NCBI GenBank assembly: GCA_964016885.1
Contig: OZ024742.1
Coordinates: 365,862,001 to 365,926,000 of the forward strand
DNA: 64,000 bases
Reading direction: 5' to 3'
Source of the DNA: Eledone cirrhosa
Taxonomy: Eukaryota
This document shows, one piece after another, positions 39,301 through 51,500 of the stretch. A program made the position numbers and the translations under genes. Below the pieces are notes generated by a model. The model was not told where the DNA came from, searched no databases, and worked only from the letters and a program-made list of their open reading frames with translations. Numbering within the stretch: the stretch's first letter is position 1; every line of letters starts with the position of its first letter.

Positions 39301-42300
39301 GGCTGTGTGGGGTAGAGGTTCTGTTTGGTACCTTGGGATACAGTGTTTAGAGCAAGTAAGGCCGTGTGGGTAGAGGTTCTGTTTGGTACCTTGGGATACA
39401 GTGTTTAGAGCAAGTAAGGCTGTGTGGGGTAGAGGTTCTGTTTGGTACCTTGGGATACAGTGTTTAGAGCAAGTAAGGCCGTGTGGGTAGAGGTTCTGTT
39501 TGGTAATTGGGATACAGTGTTTAGAGCAAGTAAGGCTGTGTGGGGTAGAGGTTCTGTTTGGTACCTTGGGATACAGTGTTTAGAGCAAGTAAGGCCGTGT
39601 GGGGTAGAGGTTCTGTTTGGTACCTTGGGATACAGTGTTTAGAGCAAGTAAGGCCGTGTGGGTAGAGGTTCTGTTTGGTACCCTGGGATACAGTGTTTAG
39701 AGCAAGTAAGGCCGTGTGGGTAGAGGTTCTGTTTGGTACCTTGGGATACAGTGTTTAGAGCAAGTAAGGCCGTGTGGGTAGAGGTTCTGTTTGGTACCCT
39801 GGGATACAGTGTTTAGAGCAAGTAAGGCTGTGTGGGTAGAGGTTCTGTTTGGTACCCTGGGATACAGTGTTTAGAGCAAGTAAGGCTGTGTGGGTAGAGG
39901 TTCTGTTTGGTACCTTGGGATACAGTGTTTAGAGCAAGTAAGGCCGTGTGGGTAGAGGTTCTGTTTGGTACCCTGGGATACAGTGTTTAGAGCAAGTAAG
40001 GCTGTGTGGGGTAGAGGTTCTGTTTGGTACCTTGGGATACAGTGTTTAGAGCAAGTAAGGCCGTGTGGGGTAGAGGTTCTGTTTGGTACCTTGGGATACA
40101 GTGTTTAGAGCAAGTAAGGCCGTGTGGGTAGAGGTTCTGTTTGGTACCCTGGGATACAGTGTTTAGAGCAAGTAAGGCCGTGTGGGTAGAGGTTCTGTTT
40201 GGTACCTTGGGATACAGTGTTTAGAGCAAGTAAGGCTGTGTGGGGTAGAGGTTCTGTTTGGTACCTTGGGATAGAGTGTTTAGAGCAAGTAAGGCCGTGT
40301 GGGTAGAGGTTCTGTTTGGTACCTTGGGATACAGTGTTTAGAGCAAGTAAGGCTGTGTGGGGTAGAGGTTCTGTTTGGTACCTTGGGATAGAGTGTTTAG
40401 AGCAAGTAAGGTCGTGTGGGGTAGAGGTTCTGTTTGGTACCTTGGGATACAGTGTTTAGAGCAAGTAAGGCCGTGTGGGTAGTGGTTCTGTTTGGTACCT
40501 TGGGATAGAGTGTTAAGAGCAAGTAAGGTCGTGTGGGGTAGAGGTTCTGTTTGGTACCTTGGGATACAGTGTTTAGAGCAAGTAAGGCCGTGTGGGGTAG
40601 AGGTTCTGTTTGGTACCTTGGGATACAGTGTTTAGAGCAAGTAAGGCTGTGTGGGGTAGAGGTTCTGTTTGGTACCTTGGGATACAGTGTTTAGAGCAAG
40701 TAAGGCCGTGTGGGTAGAGGTTCTGTTTGGTACCTTGGGATACAGTGTTTAGAGCAAGTAAGGCCGTGTGGGTAGTGGTTCTGTTTGGTACCTTGGGATA
40801 GAGTGTTTAGAGCAAGTAAGGTCGTGTGGGGTAGAGGTTCTGTTTGGTACCTTGGGATACAGTGTTTAGAGCAAGTAAGGCCGTGTGGGGTAGAGGTTCT
40901 GTTTGGTACCTTGGGATACAGTGTTTAGAGCAAGTAAGGTCGTGTGGGGTAGAGGTTCTGTTTGGTACCTTGGGATAGAGTGTTTAGAGCAAGTAAGGTC
41001 GTGTGGGGTAGAGGTTCTGTTTGGTACCTTGGGATAGAGTGTTTAGAGCAAGTAAGGTCGTGTGGGGTAGAGGTTCTGTTTGGTACCTTGGGATAGAGTG
41101 TTTAGAGCAAGTAAGGCTGTGTGGGGTAGAGGTTCTGTTTGGTACCTTGGGATACAGTGTTTAGAGCAAGTAAGGCTGTGTGGGGTAGAGGTTCTGTTTG
41201 GTACCTTGGGATACAGTGTTTAGAGCAAGTAAGGCTGTGTGGGGTAGAGGTTCTGTTTGGTACCTTGGGATACAGTGTTTAGAGCAAGTAAGGCCGTGTG
41301 GGGTAGAGGTTCTGTTTGGTAAATTGGGATACAGTGTTTAGAGCAAGTAAGGCCGTGTGGGGTAGAGGTTCTGTTTGGTACCTTGGGATACAGTGTTTAG
41401 AGCAAGTAAGGCCGTGTGGGGTAGAGGTTCTGTTTGGTAACTTGGGATACAGTGTTTAGAGCAAGTAAGGCCGTGTGGTGTAGAGGTTCTGTTTGGTAAA
41501 TTGGGATACAGTGTTTAGAGCAAGTAAGGCCGTGTGGGTAGAGGTTCTGTTTGGTACCTTGGGATACAGTGTTTAGAGCAAGTAAGGCCGTGTGGGTAGA
41601 GGTTCTGTTTGGTACCTTGGGATACAGTGTTTAGAGCAAGTAAGGCCGTGTGGGGTAGAGGTTCTGTTTGGTACCTTGGGATACAGTGTTTAGAGCAAGT
41701 AAGGTCGTGTGGGGTAGAGGTTCTGTTTGGTACCTTGGGATACAGTGTTTAGAGCAAGTAAGGCCGTGTGGGGTAGAGGTTCTGTTTGGTACCTTGGGAT
41801 ACAGTGTTTAGAGCAAGTAAGGCCGTGTGGGGTAGAGGTTCTGTTTGGTAAATTGGGATACAGTGTTTAGAGCAAGTAAGGCCGTGTGGTGTAGAGGTTC
41901 TGTTTGGTAAATTGGGATACAGTGTTTAGAGCAAGTAAGGCCGTGTGGGGTAGAGGTTCTGTTTGGTACCTTGGGATAGAGTGTTTAGAGCAAGTAAGGT
42001 CGTGTGGGGTAGAGGTTCTGTTTGGTACCTTGGGATACAGTGTTTAGAGCAAGTAAGGCCGTGTGGGGTAGAGGTTCTGTTTGGTAAATTGGGATACAGT
42101 GTTTAGAGCAAGTAAGGCCGTGTGGTGTAGAGGTTCTGTTTGGTAAATTGGGATACAGTGTTTAGAGCAAGTAAGGCCGTGTGGGTAGAGGTTCTGTTTG
42201 GTACCTTGGGATACAGTGTTTAGAGCAAGTAAGGCCGTGTGGGGTAGAGGTTCTGTTTGGTAAATTGGGATACAGTGTTTAGAGCAAGTAAGGCCGTGTG

Positions 42301-45300
42301 GGTAGAGGTTCTGTTTGGTACCTTGGGATACAGTGTTTAGAGCAAGTAAGGCCGTGTGGGGTAGAGGTTCTGTTTGGTAAATTGGGATACAGTGTTTAGA
42401 GCAAGTAAGGCCGTGTGGTGTAGAGGTTCTGTTTGGTAAATTGGGATACAGTGTTTAGAGCAAGTAAGGCCGTGTGGGGTAGAGGTTCTGTTTGGTACCT
42501 TGGGATAGAGTGTTTAGAGCAAGTAAGGTCGTGTGGGGTAGAGGTTCTGTTTGGTACCTTGGGATACAGTGTTTAGAGCAAGTAAGGCCGTGTGGGGTAG
42601 AGGTTCTGTTTGGTAAATTGGGATACAGTGTTTAGAGCAAGTAAGGCTGTGTGGGGTAGAGGTTCTGTTTGGTACCTTGGGATAGAGTGTTTAGAGCAAG
42701 TAAGGCCGTGTGGGGTAGAGGTTCTGTTTGGTACCTTGGGATACAGTGTTTAGAGCAAGTAAGGCCGTGTGGGGTAGAGGTTCTGTTTGGTACCTTGGGA
42801 TACAGTGTTTAGAGCAAGTAAGGCCGTGTGGGGTAGAGGTTCTGTTTGGTACCTTGGGATACAGTGTTTAGAGCAAGTAAGGCCGTGTGGGGTAGAGGTT
42901 CTGTTTGGTACCTTGGGATACAGTGTTTAGAGCAAGTAAGGTCGTGTGGGGTAGAGGTTCTGTTTGGTACCTTGGGATACAGTGTTTAGAGCAAGTAAGG
43001 CCGTGTGGGGTAGAGGTTCTGTTTGGTAAATTGGGATACAGTGTTTAGAGCAAGTAAGGCCGTGTGGGGTAGAGGTTCTGTTTGGTACCTTGGGATACAG
43101 TGTTTAGAGCAAGTAAGGCCGTGTGGGGTAGAGGTTCTGTTTGGTACCTTGGGATACAGTGTTTAGAGCAAGTAAGGCTGTGTGGGTAGAGGTTCTGTTT
43201 GGTACCCTGGGATACAGTGTTTAGAGCAAGTAAGGCCGTGTGGGGTAGAGGTTCTGTTTGGTACCTTGGGATACAGTGTTTAGAGCAAGTAAGGCCGTGT
43301 GGGGTAGAGGTTCTGTTTGGTACCTTGGGATAGAGTGTTTAGAGCAAGTAAGGCCGTGTGGGGTAGAGGTTCTGTTTGGTACCTTGGGATACAGTGTTTA
43401 GAGCAAGTAAGGCCGTGTGGGGTAGAGGTTCTGTTTGGTACCTTGGGATACAGTGTTTAGAGCAAGTAAGGCCGTGTGGGGTAGAGGTTCTGTTTGGTAC
43501 CTTGGGATAGAGTGTTTAGAGCAAGTAAGGCTGTGTGGGGTAGAGGTTCTGTTTGGTACCTTGGGATACAGTGTTTAGAGCAAGTAAGGCCGTGTGGGGT
43601 AGAGGTTCTGTTTGGTAAATTGGGATACAGTGTTTAGAGCAAGTAAGGTCGTGTGGGGTAGAGGTTCTGTTTGGTAAATTGGGATACAGTGTTTAGAGCA
43701 AGTAAGGTCGTGTGGGGTAGAGGTTCTGTTTGGTAAATTGGGATACAGTGTTTAGAGCAAGTAAGGTCGTGTGGGGTAGAGGTTCTGTTTGGTAAATTGG
43801 GATACAGTGTTTAGAGCAAGTAAGGTCGTGTGGGGTAGAGGTTCTGTTTGGTACCCTGGCATACAGTGTTTAGAGCAAGTAAGGCCGTGTGGGGTAGAGG
43901 TTCTGTTTGGTAAATTGGGATACAGTGTTTAGAGCAAGTAAGGTCGTGTGGGGTAGAGGTTCTGTTTGGTAAATTGGGATACAGTGTTTAGAGCAAGTAA
44001 GGTCGTGTGGGGTAGAGGTTCTGTTTGGTAAATTGGGATACAGTGTTTAGAGCAAGTAAGGTCGTGTGGGGTAGAGGTTCTGTTTGGTAAATTGGGATAC
44101 AGTGTTTAGAGCAAGTAAGGTCGTGTGGGGTAGAGGTTCTGTTTGGTACCCTGGCATACAGTGTTTAGAGCAAGTAAGGCCGTGTGGGGTAGAGGTTCTG
44201 TTTGGTACCTTGGGATACAGTGTTTAGAGCAAGTAAGGCCGTGTGGGGTAGAGGTTCTGTTTGGTACCTTGGGATACAGTGTTTAGAGCAAGTAAGGCCG
44301 TGTGGGGTAGAGGTTCTGTTTGGTACCTTGGGATACAGTGTTTAGAGCAAGTAAGGCCGTGTGGGTAGAGGTTCTGTTTGGTAAATTGGGATACAGTGTT
44401 TAGAGCAAGTAAGGCTGTGTGGGGTAGAGGTTCTGTTTGGTACCTTGGGATACAGTGTTTAGAGCAAGTAAGGCTGTGTGGGGTAGAGGTTCTGTTTGGT
44501 ACCTTGGGATACAGTGTTTAGAGCAAGTAAGGCCGTGTGGGGTAGAGGTTCTGTTTGGTACCTTGGGATACAGTGTTTAGAGCAAGTAAGGCTGTGTGGG
44601 GTAGAGGTTCTGTTTTGTACCTTGGGATACAGTGTTTAGAGCAAGTAAGGCCGTGTGGGTAGAGGTTCTGTTTGGTACCTTGGGATACAGTGTTTAGAGC
44701 AAGTAAGGCTGTGTGGGGTAGAGGTTCTGTTTGGTAAATTGGGATACAGTGTTTAGAGCAAGTAAGGCTGTGTGGGGTAGAGGTTCTGTTTTGTACCTTG
44801 GGATACAGTGTTTAGAGCAAGTAAGGCTGTGTGGGGTAGAGGTTCTGTTTGGTACCTTGGGATACAGTGTTTAGAGCAAGTAAGGCCGTGTGGGTAGAGG
44901 TTCTGTTTGGTACCTTGGGATACAGTGTTTAGAGCAAGTAAGGCCGTGTGGGTAGAGGTTCTGTTTGGTACCTTGGGATACAGTGTTTAGAGCAAGTAAG
45001 GCTGTGTGGGGTAGAGGTTCTGTTTGGTACCTTGGGATACAGTGTTTAGAGCAAGTAAGGCCGTGTGGGTAGAGGTTCTGTTTTGTACCTTGGGATACAG
45101 TGTTTAGAGCAAGTAAGGCCGTGTGGGTAGAGGTTCTGTTTGGTACCTTGGGATACAGTGTTTAGAGCAAGTAAGGCCGTGTGGGTAGAGGTTCTGTTTG
45201 GTACCTTGGGATACAGTGTTTAGAGCAAGTAAGGCTGTGTGGGGTAGAGGTTCTGTTTGGTAAATTGGGATACAGTGTTTAGAGCAAGTAAGGCTGTGTG

Positions 45301-45349
45301 GGGTAGAGGTTCTGTTTTGTACCTTGGGATACAGTGTTTAGAGCAAGTA
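15333..45349. repeat. 59/58-bp satellite array, ~510 highly homogeneous monomers
   Basis: Consensus AGAGCAAGTAAGGCCGTGTGGGGTAGAGGTTCTGTTTGGTACCTTGGGATACAGTGTTT; recurrent variants GGG/GGGG, GCC/GTC/GCT, ACC/AAA, TAC/TAG. Ends at the assembly gap. Confidence 0.99.
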
Positions 45350-45549
45350 NNNNNNNNNNNNNNNNNNNNNNNNNNNNNNNNNNNNNNNNNNNNNNNNNNN
45401 NNNNNNNNNNNNNNNNNNNNNNNNNNNNNNNNNNNNNNNNNNNNNNNNNNNNNNNNNNNNNNNNNNNNNNNNNNNNNNNNNNNNNNNNNNNNNNNNNNNN
45501 NNNNNNNNNNNNNNNNNNNNNNNNNNNNNNNNNNNNNNNNNNNNNNNNN
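45350..45549. other. Assembly gap (200 N)
   Basis: Run of N separating two different satellites; true size unknown. Confidence 0.99.
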
Positions 45550-48500
45550 ATATACTGTGGTGGTGTGTGGTGTATATATATACTGTGGTGGTGTGGTGTA
45601 TATATACTGTGGTGGTGGTGTGGTGTATATATATACTGTGGTGGTGGTGTGGTGTATATATACTGTGGTGGTGGTGTGGTGTATATATATATATACTGTG
45701 GTGGTGGTGTGGTGTATATATATACTGTGGGTGGTGTGGTGTCTATATATATACTGTGGTGGTGGTGTGGTGTATATATATACTGTGGTGGTGTGGTGTA
45801 TATATATACTGTGGTGGTGGTGTGGTGTATATATACTGTGGTGGTGGTTGTGGTGTATATATATACTGTGGTGGTGGTGTGGTGTATATATACTGTGGTG
45901 GTGTGTGTGTATATATACTGTGGTGGTGGTGTTGGTGTATATATATACTGTGGTGGTGTGGTGTATATATATACTGTGGTGGTGGTGTGGTGTATATATA
46001 CTGTGGTGGTGGTGTGGTGTATATATATACTGTGGTGGTGGGTGGTGTATATATACTGTGGTGGTGTGTGGTGTATATATATACTGTGGTGGTGGTGTGG
46101 TGTATATATACTGTGGTGGTGGTGTGGTGTATATATACTGTGGTTGGTGGTGTGGTGTATATATATACTGTGGTGGTGGTGTGGTGTATATATATACTGT
46201 GGTGGTGGTGTGGTGTATATATATACTGTGGTGGTGGTGTTGGTGTATATATATACTGTGGTGGTGTGTGGTGTATATATACTGTGGTGGTGGTGTGGTG
46301 TATATATACTGTGGTGTGTTGGTGTGGTGTATATATACTGTGGTGGTGGTGTGGTGTATATATACTGTGGTGGTGTTGTGGTGTATATATATACTGTGGT
46401 GGTGGTGTGGTGTATATATACTGTGGTGGTGGTGTGGTGTATATATACTGTGGTGTTATATACTGTGGTGGTGGTGTGGTGTATATATATACTGTGGTGG
46501 TGGTGTGGTGTATATATACTGTGGTGGTGGTGTGGTGTATATATACTGTGGTGGTGGTGTGGTGTATATATATACTGTGGTGGTGGTGTGGTGTATATAT
46601 ATACTGTGGTGGTGGTGTGGTGTATATATACTGTGGTGGTGGTGTGGTGTATATATACTGTGGTGGTGGTGTGGTGTATATATATACTGTGGTGGTGGTG
46701 TGGTGTATATATACTGTGGTGGTGGTGTGGTGTATATATATACTGTGGTGGTGGTGTGGTGTATATATATACTGTGGTGGTGGTGTGGTGTATATATATA
46801 CTGTGGTGGTGTGGTGTATATATACTGTGGTGGTGTGGTGTATATATACTGTGGTGGTGGTGTGGTGTATATATATACTGTGGTGGTGGTGTGGTGTATA
46901 TATATACTGTGGTGGTGGTGTGGTGTATATATACTGTGGTGGTGGTGTGGTGTATATATATACTGTGGTGGTGGTGGTGTATATATACTGTGGTGGTGTG
47001 TGGTGTATATATATACTGTGGTGGTGGTGTGGTGTTATATATACTGTGGTGGTGTGGTGTATATATATACTGTGGTGGTGGTGTGGTGTATATATACTGT
47101 GGTGTTGGTGTGGTGTATATATATACTGTGGTGGTGGTGTGGTGTATATATATACTGTGGTGGTGTGGTGTATATATATACTGTGGTGGTGGTGTGGTGT
47201 ATATATATACTGTGGTGGTGGTGTGGTGTATATATATACTGTGGTGGTGTGGTGTATATATACTGTGGTGGTGGTGTGGTGTATATATATACTGTGGTGG
47301 TGTGGTGTATATATACTGTGGTGGTGGTGTGGTGTATATATATACTGTGGTGGTGGTGTGGTGATATATATACTGTGGTGGTGGTGGTGTTGTATATATA
47401 CTGTGGTGGTGGTGTGGTGTATATATATACTGTGGTGGTGGTGGTGTATATATACTGTGTGGGGTGTGGTGTATATATACTGTGGTGGTGGTGTGGGTAT
47501 ATATATACTGTGGTGGTGTGTGGTGTATATATACTGTGGTGGTGGTGTGGTGTATATATATACTGTGGTGGTGGTGTGGTGTATATATATACTGTGGTGG
47601 TGGTGTGGTGTATATATATACTGTGGTGGTGGTGTGGTGTATATATATACTGTGGTGGTGTGGTGTATATATATACTGTGGTGGTGGTGTGGTGTATATA
47701 TACTGTGGTGGTGGTGTGGTGTATATATACTGTGGTGGTGGTGTGATATATATACTGTGGTGGTGGTGTGGTGTATATATATACTGTGGTGGTGGTGTGG
47801 TGTATATATACTGTGGTGGTGGTGTGGTGTATATATACTGTGGTGGTGGTGTGGTGTATATATATACTGTGGTGGTGGTGTGGTGTATATATATACTGTG
47901 GTGGTGGTGTGGTGTATATATACTGTGGTGGTGTGGTGTATATATACTGTGGTGGTGGTGTGGTGTATATATATACTGTGGTGGTGGTGTGGTGTATATA
48001 TATACTGTGGTGGTGGTGTGGTGTATATATACTGTGGTGGTGGTGTGGTGTATATATATACTGTGGTGGTGGTGTGGTGTATATATATACTGTGGTGGTG
48101 GTGTGGTGTATATATACTGTGGTGGTGGTGTGGTGTATATATATACTGTGGTGGTGGTGTGGTGTATATATACTGTGGTGGTGGTGTGGTGTATATATAC
48201 TGTGGTGGTGGTGTGGTGTATATATATACTGTGGTGGTGGTGTGGTGTATATATATACTGTGGTGGTGGTGTGGTGTATATATATACTGTGGTGGTGGTG
48301 TGGTGTATATATACTGTGGTGGTGGTGTGGTGTATATATATACTGTGGTGGTGGTGTGGTGTATATATACTGTGGTGGTGGTGTGGTGTATATATATACT
48401 GTGGTGGTGGTGTGGTGTATATATATACTGTGGTGGTGGTGTGGTGTATATATATATACTGTGGTGGTGGTGTGGTGTAGATATATATACTGTGGTGGTG

Positions 48501-51500
48501 GTGTGGTGTATATATATACTGTGGTGGTGGTGTGGTGTATATATATATACTGTGGTGGTGGTGTGGTGTATATATATACTGTGGTGGTGGTGTGGTGTAT
48601 ATATACTGTGGTGGTGTGGTGTATATATATACTGTGGTGGTGGTGTGGTGTATATATATACTGTGGTGCTGTGTGGTGTATATATACTGTGGTGGTGGCG
48701 TAGTGTATATAGATACTGTGGTGGTGGTGTGGTGTATATATACTGTGGTGGTGGTGTGGTGTATATATATACTGTGGTGTGGTGTGGTGTATATATATAC
48801 TGTGGTGGTGGTGTGGTGTATATATATACTGTGGTGGTGGTGTGGTGTATATATATACTGTGGTGGTGGTGTGATGTATATATATACTGTGGTGGTGGTG
48901 TGGTGTATATATACTGTGGTGGTGGTGTGGTGTATATATACTGTGGTGGTGGTGTGGTGTATATATATACTGTGGTGGTGTGGGTGTATATATATACTGT
49001 GGTGGTGGTGTGGTGTATATATATATACTGTGGTGGTGGTGTGGTGTATATATATACTGTGGTGGTGGTGTGGTGTATATATATACTGTGGTGGTGGTGG
49101 GGTGTATATATATACTGTGGTGGTGGTGTGGTGTATATATATACTGTGGTGGTGGTGTGGTGTATATATACTGTGGTGGTGTGTGGTGTATATATACTGT
49201 GGTGGTGGTGTGGGTGTATATATACTGTGGTGGTGTGTGGTGTATATATACTGTGGTGGTGGTGTGGTGTATATATACTGTGGTGGTGTGTGTATATATA
49301 TACTGTGGTGGTGGTGTGGTGTATATATATACTGTGGTGGTGGTGTGGTGTATATATACTGTGGTGGTGGTGTGGTGTATATATATACTGTGGTGGTTGG
49401 TGTGGTGTATATATATATACTGTGGTGGTGGTGTGGTGTATATATATACTGTGGTGGTGGTGTGGTGTATATATACTGTGGTGGTGTGGTGTATATATAC
49501 TGTGGTGGTGGTGTGGTGTATATATATACTGTGGTGGTGGTGTGGTGTATATATATACTGTGGTGGTGGTGTGGTGTATATATATACTGTGGTGGTGGTG
49601 TGGTGTTATATATATACTGTGGTGGTGGTGTGGTGTATATATACTGTGGTGGTGGTGTGTGTATATATACTGTGGTGGTGTGGTGTATATATACTGTGGT
49701 GGTGGTGTTGGTGTATATATACTGTGGTGGTGGTGTGGTGTATATATACTGTGGTGGTGGTGTGGTGTATATATACTGTGGTGGTGGTGTGGTCTATATA
49801 TATACTGTGGTGGTGTGGTGTATATATACTGTGGTGGTGGTGTGGTGTATATATACTGTGGTGGTGGTGTGGTGTATACATACTGTGGTGGTGGTGTGGT
49901 GTATATATATACTGTGGTGGTGGGTGTGGTGTATATATATACTGTGGTGGTGGTGTGGTGTATATATATACTGTGGTGGTGGTGTGGTGTATATATACTG
50001 TGGTGGTGGTGTGGTGTATATATATATTGTGGTGGTGGTGTGGTGTATATATATACTGTGGTGGTGTAGTGTATATATACTGTGGTGGTGGTGTGGTGTA
50101 TATATACTGTGTGGTGGTGTGGTGGTGTATATATACTGTGGTGGTGGTGTGGTGTATATATATACTGTGGTGGTGGTTGTGGTGTATATATATACTGTGG
50201 TGGTGGTGTGGTGTATATATATACTGTGGTGGTGGTGTTGTGTGTATATATATACTGTGGTGGTGGTGTGGTGTATATATATACTGTGGTGGTGGTGTGG
50301 TGTATATATATACTGTGGTGGTGATGTGGTGTATATATATACTGTGGTGGTGGTGTGGTGTATATATACTGTGGTGGTGGTGTGGTGTATATATACAGTG
50401 GTGGTGGTGTGGTGTATATATATACTGTGGTGGTGGTCTGGTGTATATATACTGTGGTGGTGGTGGTGTGGTGTATATATATACTGTGGTGGTGGTGTGT
50501 GTATATATATACTGTGGTGGTGGTGTGGTGTATATATATACTGTGGTGGTGGTGTGGTGTATATTATACTGTGGTGGTGTGTGTGGTGTATATATACTGT
50601 GGTGGTGGTGTGGTGTATATATATACTGTGGTGGTGTGTGTGGTGTATATATACTGTGGTGGTGGTGTGGTGTATATATATACTGTGGTGGTGGTGTGGT
50701 GTATATATACTGTGGTGTTGGTGGTGTGGTGTATATATATACTGTGGTGGTGGTGTGGTGTATATATATACTGTGGTGGTGGTGTGGTGTATATATATAC
50801 TGTGGTGGTGGTGTGGTGTATATATACTGTTGTGGTGGTGTGGTGTATATATATACTGTGGTGGTGTGGTGTATATATATACTGTGGTGGTGGTGTGGTG
50901 TATATATATACTGTGGTGGTGGTGTGGTGTATATATATACTGTGGTGGTGGTGTGGTGTATATATACTGTGGTGGTGGTGGTGGTGTATATATACTGTGG
51001 TGGTGGTGTGGTGTATATATATACTGTGGTGGTGGTGTGGTGTATATATATACTGTGGTGGTGGTGTGGTGTATATATATACTGTGGTGTGTGGTGTATA
51101 TATATACTGTGGTGGTGTGGTGTATATATATACTGTGGTGGTGGTGTGGTGTATATATATACTGTGGTGGTGTGTGGTGTATATATACTGTGGTGGTGGT
51201 GTGGTGTATATATATACTGTGGTGGTGGTGTGGTGTATATATACTGTGGTGGTGGTGTGGTGTGTATATATATACTGTGGTGGTGGTGTGGTCTATATAT
51301 ATACTGTGGTGGTGGTGTGGTGTATATATACTGTGGTGGTGGTGTGGTGTATATATACTGTGGTGTATATATACTGTGGTGGTGGTGTGGTGTATATATA
51401 TACTGTGGTGGTGGTGTGGTGTATATATACTGTGGTGGTGTGGTGTATATATACTCTGGTGGTGGTGTGGTGTATATATATACTGTGGTGGTGGTGTGGT

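Noticed and set aside
16097-39642. Repeated 66-73 aa ORFs in the 59-bp satellite
   Set aside because: Arise from monomer length variants; useful only as duplication markers.
15333-45349. CRISPR array (GTTTAGAGC resembles the start of type II repeats)
   Set aside because: No unique spacers, head-to-tail monomers, no cas genes, eukaryotic context.
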